A stretch of 64,000 nt of DNA, taken from assembly GCA_965223425.1 (NCBI GenBank), contig OZ245003.1:1664001-1728000 (forward strand), given 5' to 3'. The notes beneath the pieces are model-generated. The model made no database searches. It saw only the letters and a list, made by a program, of their open reading frames with translations, and had not been told where the DNA came from. Position 1 is the stretch's first letter. The number at the start of each line of letters is the position of its first letter. The position numbers and the translations under genes are program-made. The DNA comes from Nitrosopumilus sp. (GTDB lineage: Archaea; Thermoproteota; Nitrososphaeria; Nitrososphaerales; Nitrosopumilaceae). Positions 39,798 through 51,190 of the stretch are shown piece after piece.

Positions 39798-40247
39798 ATG
39801 AGCAAACAAGAAATAGAAAAAGAGACAATAAGAAAGGTGCTCCACTACAGGTCACAAATGGAAGATGACGCAGACATGTGTTTGGGCACCAGCGACTCTT
39901 ACATGGAAAGCCTCGTAGACGACATCTTAGAGGCAATTCCCACAAACAACTACGAGCTTACCAGGCCCAGGCACTGTCCTGACTGCAAAAAGATTGTAAA
40001 GACCTACTGGGAACTGCTTTTCTGTGACAAAAATCCCAAAGGTGAAAATACTGTTGCAATGGGGGAAAGGCACGGAAACGTAAAGGACGGCACAATTAGA
40101 TGCGAGGACGGCTATTGCAATCCGCAGGAGTCGATCTGTGAGCCCTCAGAAATAAATCAGGTGTACGTTGATACCCACTCTGTCAACCAGAGATGTATGG
40201 AGTGCGACCAGTTCCTTGTTGTCAATTGGCGGATTGCCCCGCAATAA
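39798..40247 (+). CDS. Zinc-binding hypothetical protein
   Basis: ATG after the RBS element; CPDC, CMEC. Confidence 0.6.
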   Translation: MSKQEIEKETIRKVLHYRSQMEDDADMCLGTSDSYMESLVDDILEAIPTNNYELTRPRHCPDCKKIVKTYWELLFCDKNPKGENTVAMGERHGNVKDGTIRCEDGYCNPQESICEPSEINQVYVDTHSVNQRCMECDQFLVVNWRIAPQ

Positions 40248-40772
40248 CGTATTCTGTCAACCGGAGATGCAAGGAGTGCAACCGGTTCCTTTGAGTTCCA
40301 AAGAGAGAAATTCCATACCAGAAGACCTTCCTGAATTTCCGGAATTCACAGACATGCCGGAACCCGCCCCACTGCTCACCAAGAGCTGGGAGGACTTTTG
40401 GGAGTATGCAAGGGAGATAACGCAGAAAAAATGGAAGAGAGACCCTTCCAGAGAGGAGATCATAGGAATCTTTGAGTCGTGCAATGATATGGACTGTGAA
40501 AACGGCACCTACTGGAGTACGGTAAGCGAGGCAGTTCGCAGGTACTATGAGTAAGAACATGCCGGGTACGGATTCCTCGATTAATGCGCAGTCCATGACA
40601 CGCAGGCAGGAGGACGGACAATGAAGAATACGGCAAAAATCAAAAAGGAAATTCATGTTCTGCTTGATTTGATTGACAGCCTGGAGGATCCGTCATTGAC
40701 CAACATGAGACGGCACTATCTTATGTCACTTGCAATAAGACAGCATTCCAGGATGGGGAGGCTGATGAAAAA

Positions 40773-41243
40773 ATGAGTCCAAAAACCGCACCGGAAAACA
40801 ATGCCGGAAAATATACGTCAGCAATGAGCACTGCGTCTAAAATTGGCGCTTTGTACCGGCACCGCACATCATCAGAGTCTTCCAAGAACGATCCGTCCGC
40901 AAGGAGGTACGTGCTGAAAGTGTTCTCTAAAAAAGACATCCGGACGGCGCTGAGGACGGCAGAAATCCTAACAGACGGGGAGCTCATGTGGAGTATCGTG
41001 GAGAGCGGGACTGACGCAAATAATGGCAGTCCGAACATACCGTGGAGTGATGTCAAAAACATGACGGAACGGAAGCATGAGGATGTCAAGGACTTTGAGG
41101 AACTGGACATTGAAGAAAAAATCAAAATACTGGAGAAGGGAGCAAAGATACTGTTCTCAAAAAAAGAGATAGATCGCACATTTGAGATAATTGCGAGAAT
41201 TGCGGATCTGAAAATTTCAGGCCCAGTCAACAAAGGAGGTTGA
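40773..41243 (+). CDS. Hypothetical protein
   Basis: 156 aa, SD-like GGAGG upstream. Confidence 0.5.
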   Translation: MSPKTAPENNAGKYTSAMSTASKIGALYRHRTSSESSKNDPSARRYVLKVFSKKDIRTALRTAEILTDGELMWSIVESGTDANNGSPNIPWSDVKNMTERKHEDVKDFEELDIEEKIKILEKGAKILFSKKEIDRTFEIIARIADLKISGPVNKGG

Positions 41244-41248
41244 TAACT

Positions 41249-42037
41249 ATGGGAGAAGAAACACACACGCGACTTTCCGGCTCTGGGGAGTCCGGAACAA
41301 CAAGCATTCCAAAATACAATACAAGAACAGAAACCGTCATCCATGAGATGCTGGTGGAAAACACCGGCCGTATCCTGTGCGATTCCGGCGATGCCTATGG
41401 AAGATCATATCAGAAAAACCGGAAGGTGGGCGACTTTAGAAGGATACCCGACGTATTCCCGTCGCAGTATGCAGAAGGCGAGTTTGAAATGTGCAGGAGC
41501 CTGTTTGCATTTCTCAGCGACCAGCTGCACTATGACGAATCCATGAATGCGGAGTTTGAGAAATTCGACAGGAAGACCGACCCTGAAAACAAAATGGCAT
41601 GGCTTGAACTCGCAGAGGCGTTTGCAGAAAAAATGCAGGATGATGACGATATTGGAACAGTCAACACATACAACGAAGAGACATCCGCGCTTTCTGAAAT
41701 CATCCAGTACTGCACGTTCAGGAACGACGATGGAGAATACGTCATCCTTCAGATACACGGAGGCTGTGACGCACGCTACGGCTACACAAAACCGAGGGTC
41801 TTCTCAATCAATGAGATGGGCGGCCATGACGTCTTTGCCAGCAACATGAGAAGCATTGACGGCAGCTGTGAGTGTTGCGAATCCCGCACGTTTGACGGCG
41901 GACTGGAATGGGAAACGACGGCCAATGACGGCCAACATGTCGATGAGTCATTTCCAAGCGCATGGAATGCCGTCCTTTCACGCGACGGAAACTTTGTGGA
42001 ATGTGCCAGATGCCACAGCAGGGTTTCATTTTACTGA
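41249..42037 (+). CDS. Conserved MGE/phage hypothetical protein
   Basis: 'MLVENTG..LCDSGDAYGR', 'VNTYN', 'LQIHGGCDARYGYT.P.VF'; C-terminal Cys pairs. Confidence 0.65.
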   Translation: MGEETHTRLSGSGESGTTSIPKYNTRTETVIHEMLVENTGRILCDSGDAYGRSYQKNRKVGDFRRIPDVFPSQYAEGEFEMCRSLFAFLSDQLHYDESMNAEFEKFDRKTDPENKMAWLELAEAFAEKMQDDDDIGTVNTYNEETSALSEIIQYCTFRNDDGEYVILQIHGGCDARYGYTKPRVFSINEMGGHDVFASNMRSIDGSCECCESRTFDGGLEWETTANDGQHVDESFPSAWNAVLSRDGNFVECARCHSRVSFY

Positions 42038-42205
42038 CTGTGATGAAATTCAAAGAGGCAGTCGGCAAACTCCGTGATCAGTTGCGCAAGGCACTGTACA
42101 TGTCAGAGCAAATAGAGAAAAATGACTTTCCCGAACATGACACAATAGGTGTTACGGGAAAAAGGCACAAAGTCCGTGCCAGAATTCACAAAAAGAGGTG
42201 ATACT

Positions 42206-42628
42206 ATGGGACAAAAAACATATCCAAGACTTCCGGGCTATGACAAGCTCAGGAAGATAAGCAACAAAATACACTCTGTCCGCAAGGACGGGGAATACGA
42301 GCAGATAAGCCGGGCATATGACGAGATATTCTTTGATGAGAGTCCGAGCAGTACAAACCTTATCTCTGCTGCCGAACTGCTCCCATACTTCAAGAGTGAA
42401 AGGTATGCATACGGCAGCTTTCACATCCAGGCAGATAGGCTACAAGCACTTGCAATAAAGATGCAAAATTTCATCTGGAACAACCAGACTGACGTGCCAA
42501 AACTGAGAGAAGGCCTGAATGTGGCAGTCAAGGAGATAGACGATATGATAGAATACATCAAGGGCGAGTACCGCAAAAAGACAGGCAAGATCCGCAACAA
42601 CTGCAAGACATGCCCTGCAATGCCATAG
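42206..42628 (+). CDS. Hypothetical protein
   Basis: ATG after GAGGTGA. Confidence 0.55.
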   Translation: MGQKTYPRLPGYDKLRKISNKIHSVRKDGEYEQISRAYDEIFFDESPSSTNLISAAELLPYFKSERYAYGSFHIQADRLQALAIKMQNFIWNNQTDVPKLREGLNVAVKEIDDMIEYIKGEYRKKTGKIRNNCKTCPAMP

Positions 42629-42657
42629 AAAACTATTCCATTGGTGGTGAACAATTC

Positions 42658-43056
42658 ATGAATAACGTAGAATATGAAGTAAATGCGGAATACAGACTAG
42701 ATGAGTTCAGGAAGGCCTTTGAAAAATTTGTAAAAAACCCAAAGGTGTGCGGTACGGTGGATGAATTTCACGGATATGAAGAGTCGTTTTGTGGGCTCTG
42801 GGTGTCCGGCGAGGAAGGCAATGAAATGGGCGACGGAAAGCCTGCGTTTTGCTACGGCGCGCCAGACAGGTGGAGCACCATTTGTTTGAAAGGGAATGAA
42901 ATGGGCGACGGAAAGCCCGCGCTTTCCCACTCTGTGGACTTTCTTTACGAGTTTGGCATACACAAGGACATGCGTTCCTGGCTTGAGAAGCAGGGGTTCT
43001 ATGCACAATGGTTCGACGGCGGCACTGTAATGATATACGGCAGGGACGCACTGTGA
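42658..43056 (+). CDS. Hypothetical protein, paralogue of 60587..61057
   Basis: Shared 'TVDEF...G..VSGE.GN...AF.Y...W.D.GTV'. Confidence 0.6.
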   Translation: MNNVEYEVNAEYRLDEFRKAFEKFVKNPKVCGTVDEFHGYEESFCGLWVSGEEGNEMGDGKPAFCYGAPDRWSTICLKGNEMGDGKPALSHSVDFLYEFGIHKDMRSWLEKQGFYAQWFDGGTVMIYGRDAL

Positions 43057-43090
43057 TGGCAATCGTACCTTTCAGGGAGCGGTGTAAACA

Positions 43091-43710
43091 TTGACGTGTC
43101 CTGCCTGTAAACAGAACATGCTCAAGGCGGACACGTGCCTCTTCAAATACGAGGAGCTGAACGGCAAGTTATACGAAAGAACATGCGAGCCTGATAACGA
43201 AAGATGCGGCGACTGCGGCATACTGAAGAAAAGCGGCAGCGCACATCACCCGGGCTGTGACAAGGAATACTGTCCTGTATGCAGAATGCAGGCAATGGGA
43301 TGCGACTGCAAGAACGGTCCCATGTATGTGGAAAGACCGGACGGCGTGGAGGTTGTAAACCAATGAGCGGCCACGATGCGCCACCGGTAAAAAACTACTG
43401 CAGTGATTATGACACCATGTTTGTGGCAGAAGGTGTGGAGTGGATGGTGCGCACCAATGAGACGGAGCTTGGAGGATACATCCAGGTTGACCGTGTCCGC
43501 AATGATGTGGACGGCAGAAAATACACCTGCGAGGACGGGTTTTTCTGCTCCGGTGAGGAGGCCTACAACATTGCAAAAGATGCCGGACACGATGAGTATG
43601 ACTCCTGGGACGAAAAAAGGATATTTGACTGTCTTGATAGTTCCGGTGTTCTTGAGGGTTGTTGCGACCTTCCATTACTCATGTGGGCACAATGCAGCCT
43701 CACAGCCTGA
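43091..43710 (+). CDS. Two small overlapping ORFs (Cys-rich 43091..43366; hypothetical 43363..43710)
   Basis: 'RCGDCG....HHPGCD.E.CP.C' Zn motif; ATGA coupling. Confidence 0.5.
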
Positions 43711-44143
43711 AAGTTCGGAGGTTCCTGGCAGCTGATTACTGCCTGCGTTATTGCGGCATGAATCATCTCATGTAAGAAAGGTGGAAAAAATATGACAGTT
43801 CCAAAACAGATCAAGGAACCAAAGTCATTTTCCAAAACATGGATAAAAAACCCGAGAGCGCAGATGCGCAAACTTGTATCACAAATTGAGGAGGTGCATA
43901 TATGATGTTCATGACAGACAGGATTGCAAGGGGACTGCATGAAAGATTCAATGAGCAGATATGTATTCTGAAGGAAATTTCATCGACTCAGAAGGAGATT
44001 TCATCAACTCTCAAAAGCATAGATGGAAAAATCAAATAGCATCAATAACCAAAACCGCAGCATCGGCTGCCATGGAAATAGCTTATTTCCAGAACGCGAC
44101 ACAACCTGTTGCGACAACAAAGTCAACAAAGGAGGTTGATAGT

Positions 44144-44401
44144 ATGAGCCAGACAGAAGAAAATATTTGCGACCCAGAAAACTGCACCGACGGAGAAACA
44201 CATGAATTTGATTCAAAACTCTCCGTGGCAGTCTACAACAAAGAACCAGAAAACAAAAACCAGATAGAATTTTCCGATGACTATTCGGAAATAAACACGA
44301 TAGGACAGGTACTTGAAAAAAGATACACGTGTCTTAAATGTGGAAGGAAGATTCATGAGAGATTCAGATACGAGTCGTCGCGCTTTGCAGACGATGACTA
44401 G
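44144..44401 (+). CDS. Small Zn-ribbon-like protein
   Basis: ATG after the RBS element; CLKCG. Confidence 0.55.
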   Translation: MSQTEENICDPENCTDGETHEFDSKLSVAVYNKEPENKNQIEFSDDYSEINTIGQVLEKRYTCLKCGRKIHERFRYESSRFADDD

Positions 44402-44452
44402 AACAGCTTATTCCGATTTGGAATGAATTCAAAAACCAAGGGAGGTAACAAA

Positions 44453-45292
44453 ATGGCGCAAGAACAAATACAGAAGGAACGGACGACAATAATTGTAATG
44501 AATGGCGGCCAGGTCAAGTCATTTAGGAAAGCAGTACAGCTGATTAATAATCAGGTTGGCGGCGAACTGACTTTCAGAATAAGGGACGGATTTATCCATT
44601 TACAAAAAATGGATCCCGGCCATGTCTGCATGGTCGACTTTAGGTTCCGTCCATCACACATTCATGAAAGTCACAAGCAGTTTGGAATACATTCAAACGA
44701 CCTGTACCAGATAACCAGACACCTGAGGAATGATTCCGAGGTGGAAATGGCAATCAAAGATAAAACCATGACCATCTTTGTATATGACGGAAGCTTCGGT
44801 ATGGATGAGGCGGTGGAAATAGCCATCAAAGATGAAACCATGACCATCCCCGCATTTGATAAAGTGTCAAAAAGACACGTACTAAAAGTCAGTGAGGGCG
44901 ACATATGTGACTGCTTCCTGCCGTGTGTAAAGTACACACACCGGATAAACATGGCAAAAGAGCATGTCGGGGAGATAACATCAAAGCTGAAACAGTTTGA
45001 TTTTATGAAAATCAGAATTGAAGACCAGAACGTCACGTACGCGGCAAAAAACAGCATCAGGGATGTAAAATTGGAACTGTGTCACGAGATCGGGGAGTGT
45101 AATGGAATTATGGATTCAGAGTATGACATGAAATTCCTGCCACAGGCATTTAAAATTTGCACGCAGATCAGCGAGTGTGAGTTGTACATTGCCAGTGAAA
45201 GTCCGCTCAAACTTGCAGTCAAAAACGATGATCTGAGCATCGATTATTACCTGGCCCCACGGATTAAAGATTCGGGCAGTGCAACGGAATAA
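44453..45292 (+). CDS. pcn: PCNA (DNA sliding clamp) homologue, divergent
   Basis: 'LQKMDPGHVCMVDF', 'SEYDMKFL', 'SPLKL...IDYYLAPRI'. Confidence 0.8.
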   Translation: MAQEQIQKERTTIIVMNGGQVKSFRKAVQLINNQVGGELTFRIRDGFIHLQKMDPGHVCMVDFRFRPSHIHESHKQFGIHSNDLYQITRHLRNDSEVEMAIKDKTMTIFVYDGSFGMDEAVEIAIKDETMTIPAFDKVSKRHVLKVSEGDICDCFLPCVKYTHRINMAKEHVGEITSKLKQFDFMKIRIEDQNVTYAAKNSIRDVKLELCHEIGECNGIMDSEYDMKFLPQAFKICTQISECELYIASESPLKLAVKNDDLSIDYYLAPRIKDSGSATE

Positions 45293-45294
45293 AA

Positions 45295-47583
45295 ATGGAC
45301 AAACAAAAAATCTACAAGCCGACACTAATCTCTGAGAACGCACTGGATATTCCGAATCCCGGATATGCCGGCAAGATGCCCGATGGCACGCAGGACGGCT
45401 TTATCTCAACCAAGATAGAGGAGGACGTAACAATCCAGAGGATATCCCACGATCTGTACAAGCATGCGTCATCGGGATTCCGCGAACTGTTTGTCAATGA
45501 GGCAAGATTCTGCAGACATGCGCGCGACTGCCATGACGCAGACCCGGTCATAAACGTGAAAATAGGCAAGAACCGCGAGCTGATAATCGAGGGCCGTGAC
45601 TCCATGGGGATGTCATGGGAGACATTCAGCAACGTGTATACGGTACTTGGCAGGTCCACCAACTTTGACGGCCAGACGCCGGGACAGTTCGGCTTTGGCC
45701 GGGCGGCATACACATGTCTCTCCGAAATCATGATAATGGAGGTCCACTCGCGCGAGACCGGCGAAAAGTTTGCCGTGATGGGCAAAAACGGAGTGGGGTG
45801 GCAGACCGGACTTCCGACACCGGAAGACATGGACTTTTTCGGATGCAGAATAACCATGACATTGTACGATGACGTAGATATCAGGTCAATCATCAGAATG
45901 ATGAAAAACTGCTGCAAACTGAGCGGCGTCCGGGCCACGCTGGACACAAGGGACGCACTGGACATCATCGATTTTGGCTACGGGGATGACCAAAGTGCAT
46001 ACCGCGCATACGAACCAGGAACTCTTGAAGGCATGTATAACAAGTTGATTGATACTGAACGCTGCGATCACGTGCTAGACATCTCTGCCGAAGAAGGCGG
46101 AATAGAGATGATGATCGGATACCAAGTGCAAACATGGTCAGAGGAGAGGGGTCCTAAGCGTAGAATGATACACACGTATACTGAAAATAACGAATGCTAT
46201 CTTGCAGGCGTTCCAATTGGGGAGCTGAAAATCGACAGTAATGTGCATTCTCTGCTGGGTTCTGCAAATACAATTCTGGTCAACATCAAAGACGAGCGCA
46301 CGTACAGTCCCACCCCCGACAGGGAGAGGCTAAAGGACGATGCGGAGAAAAGGATATGCGACATAGTGGAGAACAGGATATGGTGCGAGATTAGGGACCG
46401 CTTTTCCGGCATCAAAACAGTCGATGACTATGTCAATCATCCCAACAGGGAATTCATTGACGGGGTTTTCAACAGCAGAGACGACCATTGGTCATTTATG
46501 ACTGAAAACCACATGGAACTGGGAAGGGCCATGGCAGTCACCCTAGTTGATGAAAACAAACGGCACATAAATCTTGAATACATCGCACCCGGCCGGAAGG
46601 AGCTGCTGATCACGGACAAAATGAGCAGGTCAAAGGTATCTGCTGCCAAAGAGTTCAGTCAGGCAGTGAAGGTGGTCAGGCCCCTTGATTATGAAAACAC
46701 CCATTCACTCTTTGAGAACCTGGGGGTGCGCACCCTTGATGACTATATCGCCAGCAACGGCATAACTGTCAAAATGATTGAGAGTGACGATGTACCGGAG
46801 CCGTTTGTAATCCATGAGACACATTATGGTTACTGGAATTCAGAAAACCATAATGTATTGTTCAAAAAATCAACCAGAAACACGACTGACTGCGACATGC
46901 CGGACAACGTCATCATAGCAAAGAAAAACTTTGGAATGCTGTGTGATTTGCTGAGAACAGTTGAAACAGAATACCGTGTAACAAAGTACAAAAAAACGGC
47001 AAAGGGCGGACTGCGTGAGGAAGAGTTCTTTGAGCGTGTGAGAAAATCGGCATATGCCACAAATGACGGGCCAATGGGCATAGATGACATATCCGAGACG
47101 GATAAAAAAATCGTCATGGTACCATACGAGCGTGAATCGCTTGCAAAATACATGCAGTCCGACAAGATTCTATACGTTGTCGGCAGCGATGACAAGCTCT
47201 TTGAGATGTCTGCGCATCTAAAGATGCACAAGAGGGAATTCCACATATCAGACACGAAATATAGATTCAGGGATTATAATAAAGAGATCATGTTTCCTGA
47301 GGAATATTTCAAACTGATAAAAGGGTATATTGCTCATGTCGATTCTTTCTCAGACCAGATCAAGATATGCTCGGCATACATACATGGATACCGCGCGATC
47401 AAAAACGAGGACGCAAGAAAGATGTTTCTGGGATTCGTGCTAGGTACAAAACACAACCATGACATCCGATACCCCGATGTATCACAAATGCTGGAAAGGG
47501 CGTTTCACATCGATGAGTCGCTGGAAAAGAAAACAAAGGAAAATGGACAAACAAAAAATCTACAAGCCGACACTAATCTCTGA
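45295..47583 (+). CDS. GHKL/HSP90-like ATPase domain protein (rIIA-like architecture)
   Basis: 'RELFVN', 'GRDSMGMS', 'LGRSTN', 'GQFGFG' Bergerat motifs; 'PTPDRERL'. Confidence 0.7.
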   Translation: MDKQKIYKPTLISENALDIPNPGYAGKMPDGTQDGFISTKIEEDVTIQRISHDLYKHASSGFRELFVNEARFCRHARDCHDADPVINVKIGKNRELIIEGRDSMGMSWETFSNVYTVLGRSTNFDGQTPGQFGFGRAAYTCLSEIMIMEVHSRETGEKFAVMGKNGVGWQTGLPTPEDMDFFGCRITMTLYDDVDIRSIIRMMKNCCKLSGVRATLDTRDALDIIDFGYGDDQSAYRAYEPGTLEGMYNKLIDTERCDHVLDISAEEGGIEMMIGYQVQTWSEERGPKRRMIHTYTENNECYLAGVPIGELKIDSNVHSLLGSANTILVNIKDERTYSPTPDRERLKDDAEKRICDIVENRIWCEIRDRFSGIKTVDDYVNHPNREFIDGVFNSRDDHWSFMTENHMELGRAMAVTLVDENKRHINLEYIAPGRKELLITDKMSRSKVSAAKEFSQAVKVVRPLDYENTHSLFENLGVRTLDDYIASNGITVKMIESDDVPEPFVIHETHYGYWNSENHNVLFKKSTRNTTDCDMPDNVIIAKKNFGMLCDLLRTVETEYRVTKYKKTAKGGLREEEFFERVRKSAYATNDGPMGIDDISETDKKIVMVPYERESLAKYMQSDKILYVVGSDDKLFEMSAHLKMHKREFHISDTKYRFRDYNKEIMFPEEYFKLIKGYIAHVDSFSDQIKICSAYIHGYRAIKNEDARKMFLGFVLGTKHNHDIRYPDVSQMLERAFHIDESLEKKTKENGQTKNLQADTNL

Positions 47584-49819
47584 GAACGCACTGGATATTC
47601 CGAATCCCGGATATGCCGGCAAGATGCCCGATGGCACGCAGGACGGCTTTATCTCAACCAAGATAGAGGAGGACGTAACAATCCAGAGGATATCCCACGA
47701 TCTGTACAAGCATGCGTCATCGGGATTCCGCGAACTGTTTGTCAATGAGGCAAGATTCTGCAGACATGCGCGCGACTGCCATGACGCAGACCCGGTCATA
47801 AACGTGAAAATAGGCAAGAACCGCGAGCTGATAATCGAGGGCCGTGACTCCATGGGGATGTCATGGGAGACATTCAGCAACGTGTATACGGTACTTGGCA
47901 GGTCCACCAACTTTGACGGCCAGACGCCGGGACAGTTCGGCTTTGGCCGGGCGGCATACACATGTCTCTCCGAAATCATGATAATGGAGGTCCACTCGCG
48001 CGAGACCGGCGAAAAGTTTGCCGTGATGGGCAAAAACGGAGTGGGGTGGCAGACCGGACTTCCGACACCGGAAGACATGGACTTTTTCGGATGCAGAATA
48101 ACCATGACATTGTACGATGACGTAGATATCAGGTCAATCATCAGAATGATGAAAAACTGCTGCAAACTGAGCGGCGTCCGGGCCACGCTGGACATAAGGG
48201 ACGCACTGGACATCACCGGTTTCAGCATCCATGAGCACGAAAGAAAGTACCTCACATACAAACCGGGAACTCTTGAAGGCATGTATTACGCGTCGACTTA
48301 CTGTGACGACGGCGAGCACCTGCTAAACATCTCTGCCGAAGAAGGCGGAATAGAGATGATGATCGGATACAAAACGAAAGAACGGTCAGAAGGAAGAGGC
48401 CCTAAACGCAGAAGTGTGTCCTCGTATATTGAAAATAACGAATGCTATCTTGCAGGCGTTCCAATTGACGAGCTGAAAATCGACAGTAATGTGCATTCTC
48501 TGCTGGGTTCTGCAAATACAATTCTGGTCAACATCAAAGACGAGCGCACGTACAGTCCCACCCCCGACAGGGAGAGGCTAAAGGACGATGCGGAGAAAAG
48601 GATATGCGACATAGTGGAGAACGCGATAGGGTGCGAGATTAGGGACCGCTTTTCCGGCATCAAAACAGTCAATGACTATGTCAACCATCCCGACAGGAAA
48701 TTCATTGACGGGATTTGCAACAACGAACTCAACTTTCGGTCAATTCTGACTGAGAACCTCATGGAACTGGGAAGGGTCCTGGCAGTCACCCTAGTTGATG
48801 AAAACAAACGGCACATAAATCTTGAAGACATCGCACCCGGCCGGAAGGAGCTGCTGATCACGGACAAAATGAGCAGGTCAAAGATATCTGCCGCCAAAGA
48901 GTTCAGTCCGGCAGTGAAGGTGGTCAGGCCCCTTGATTATGAAAACACCCGTTCACTCTTTGAGAACCTGGGGGTGCGCACCCTTGATGACTATATCGCC
49001 AGCAACGGCATAACTGTCAAAATGATTGAGAGTGACGATGCCGTGCGGCCGTTTGTAATCCATGAGACGTCCCACAGCGACGCGGACATTGGATGCGGCA
49101 GTGAGCAGTTCAGAAAAACAACCACAAACACGACTGACTGCGACATGCCGGACAACGTCATCATAGCAAATAAAAACTTTGGAATGCTGTGTGATTTGCT
49201 GCGGACATTCGACACCAAATACCGCGTAACAAAGTATAGAAAAACGGCAAAGGGCGGACTGCGTGAGGAAGAGTTCCTTGAGCGTGTGAGAAAATCGACA
49301 TATGCCACAAATGACGGGCCAATGGGCATAGATGACATATCCGAGACGGATAAAAAAATCGTCATGGTACCGTACGACAGGGAATCGCTTGCAAAATACA
49401 TTCCATCCGAGGAGATACTGTACGTTGTAGGCACCTACGACAAGCTCTTTGAGGTGTCGGCCCATCTGAATGTGAATGGGAGGAAATTTCACGTGTCAAT
49501 CATAAGATGCGGCTATGGCCTTAGGAGTGAGTCAACCATGTTCCCTGAGAAACACATCAAACTGATGGAGGAATGTCTGGTTTACGACACGGAATGGCGC
49601 GACCAGATCAAGATATGTTTGGCGTACATAGACGGCCACCACACGATCAAAAACGACAACATAAAAAAGATGTTTCTGGGATTCGTGTCAGGTTCAAAAC
49701 ACAACTACAACATACGATACCCCGATGTATCACAAATGCTGGAAAGGGCGCTTTGCATCGACGAAGAACTGCAGAACCAAACAAAGGAAAATGGCACACA
49801 CGTCACTGGCAATACTTGA
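47543..49819 (+). CDS. Tandem paralogue of the GHKL ATPase protein
   Basis: ATG 47543; ATPase domain essentially identical, later blocks divergent. Confidence 0.7.
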   Translation: MDKQKIYKPTLISENALDIPNPGYAGKMPDGTQDGFISTKIEEDVTIQRISHDLYKHASSGFRELFVNEARFCRHARDCHDADPVINVKIGKNRELIIEGRDSMGMSWETFSNVYTVLGRSTNFDGQTPGQFGFGRAAYTCLSEIMIMEVHSRETGEKFAVMGKNGVGWQTGLPTPEDMDFFGCRITMTLYDDVDIRSIIRMMKNCCKLSGVRATLDIRDALDITGFSIHEHERKYLTYKPGTLEGMYYASTYCDDGEHLLNISAEEGGIEMMIGYKTKERSEGRGPKRRSVSSYIENNECYLAGVPIDELKIDSNVHSLLGSANTILVNIKDERTYSPTPDRERLKDDAEKRICDIVENAIGCEIRDRFSGIKTVNDYVNHPDRKFIDGICNNELNFRSILTENLMELGRVLAVTLVDENKRHINLEDIAPGRKELLITDKMSRSKISAAKEFSPAVKVVRPLDYENTRSLFENLGVRTLDDYIASNGITVKMIESDDAVRPFVIHETSHSDADIGCGSEQFRKTTTNTTDCDMPDNVIIANKNFGMLCDLLRTFDTKYRVTKYRKTAKGGLREEEFLERVRKSTYATNDGPMGIDDISETDKKIVMVPYDRESLAKYIPSEEILYVVGTYDKLFEVSAHLNVNGRKFHVSIIRCGYGLRSESTMFPEKHIKLMEECLVYDTEWRDQIKICLAYIDGHHTIKNDNIKKMFLGFVSGSKHNYNIRYPDVSQMLERALCIDEELQNQTKENGTHVTGNT

Positions 49820-50570
49820 AGAGCGCCATAATCTGCTGATCATCCAGACCGGCAGCGGGAAGGTGGCAACAGTTCCAAGGTCGGAGTATATAGTCCTCAA
49901 GTTCAAGCACTACAACGGCAACAGGATATTTTACGACTTTGGCAAGGCAGTAGGAGAAGAAGAATGCAGTACTGCAAGAATAGCGGAGACATACGATGAC
50001 GGCATCTTTAACTGCTGGTACAAAAAACAGCACGTTCAGATATCTGACACAAAGTCCATAGCTCATGCAATCATGACAAAAAACAGGGACGAGTATGTCG
50101 ACATATTTGCGCGCTGGTACGGAATCCGGCAGCAGAAAGAGACAATTGACATGATTATCCGAAACTACACGGATCGTGTCAGCAATGTCAGCTCTGATAT
50201 GTATGTGATAGACGGCGTGTTTGCAGTTGGCTCAAGTGCTGCAGATTATTATTCAAAAAATCCAGCTGATATGTATGTGATAGACGGCGTGTTTGCAGTT
50301 GACAGTCACGGTGTCTCACATTACATGGAGGACAACAGGTGGAATTCCCTGTGTCTTGTTGCAAATTCGATCAGGGAGCCAAAAAATATCGAACTGCCGG
50401 GCATCGGACTTGTCGCGTTAAACGAGATAACGCAGACAATACTTGCAAAAATACTGTTTCTGCTGTACCCGAAAGAGGACACCGTGTTTTTGAACCAGAT
50501 CCCGCAGCACCTGAAGGATCATGTCAGAAAGACAATGGAGCAGAACAAAAAAACAGAGACTACTGCATGA
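49791..50570 (+). CDS. Hypothetical protein coupled to GHKL gene
   Basis: ATG 49791 overlaps the upstream gene; internal DMYVIDGVFAV duplication. Confidence 0.55.
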   Translation: MAHTSLAILEERHNLLIIQTGSGKVATVPRSEYIVLKFKHYNGNRIFYDFGKAVGEEECSTARIAETYDDGIFNCWYKKQHVQISDTKSIAHAIMTKNRDEYVDIFARWYGIRQQKETIDMIIRNYTDRVSNVSSDMYVIDGVFAVGSSAADYYSKNPADMYVIDGVFAVDSHGVSHYMEDNRWNSLCLVANSIREPKNIELPGIGLVALNEITQTILAKILFLLYPKEDTVFLNQIPQHLKDHVRKTMEQNKKTETTA

Positions 50571-50749
50571 GAGATGCAGTGTATAAGGCCAATACTGGCA
50601 CGGCCATCACATTCACGGCAGAAGCGCGTGATGGGGCCGTTGCCATGACGACAGGGATGTCGAATTTAGAAACCAACAAAGGAGGTTGATTGCATGGATA
50701 TGGAAAATGAATATCAAGAAAGACCCGAATGGGACTGGATACAGAGAAA

Positions 50750-51190
50750 ATGAGCAACGTAAACGTCAGGACATCACCGCCCTACGACCGGGCATGTGAG
50801 ATTCTGCAAAAGACAAACGACGGAGAAGAACTGTCAGGCAGTCATCTGAGGCTGGTAGAGATGATGGTCAATGGCAATGACATTACAGAGAAGATGGAGG
50901 TGGAGTTTGAAAAACTCTACGAGAACGTCAGAACTGGATATGTCAAGCCATGGCTGTTTGGAATACGGCACATGACTGCTGACCACGAGGGATACATCTA
51001 CTGGCGCGGCAGACAGGTGGAGCACTACTCCCATGATAGCTATAAGGGGATGCGCCAATCCGCAAAGGACCTGGAAAGAAGGGCCCTTATTCTGGAATCA
51101 AGGGGAATCAAGGTGACTTTTGGATCCCTTTTCATGGAATGGAACAACAAGTCCGGGCCATGTTCCAAACTGACGTGCCATAAGAAATGA
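50750..51190 (+). CDS. Hypothetical protein
   Basis: 'WLFGIRHMTADHEGYIYWRG.QVEHY'; coupled to a 19-aa ORF starting at 50694. Confidence 0.55.
   Translation: MSNVNVRTSPPYDRACEILQKTNDGEELSGSHLRLVEMMVNGNDITEKMEVEFEKLYENVRTGYVKPWLFGIRHMTADHEGYIYWRGRQVEHYSHDSYKGMRQSAKDLERRALILESRGIKVTFGSLFMEWNNKSGPCSKLTCHKK

Noticed and set aside
45295-49819. Diversity-generating retroelement TR/VR pair
   Set aside because: Differences are block-wise and not adenine-specific; no reverse transcriptase in the window.
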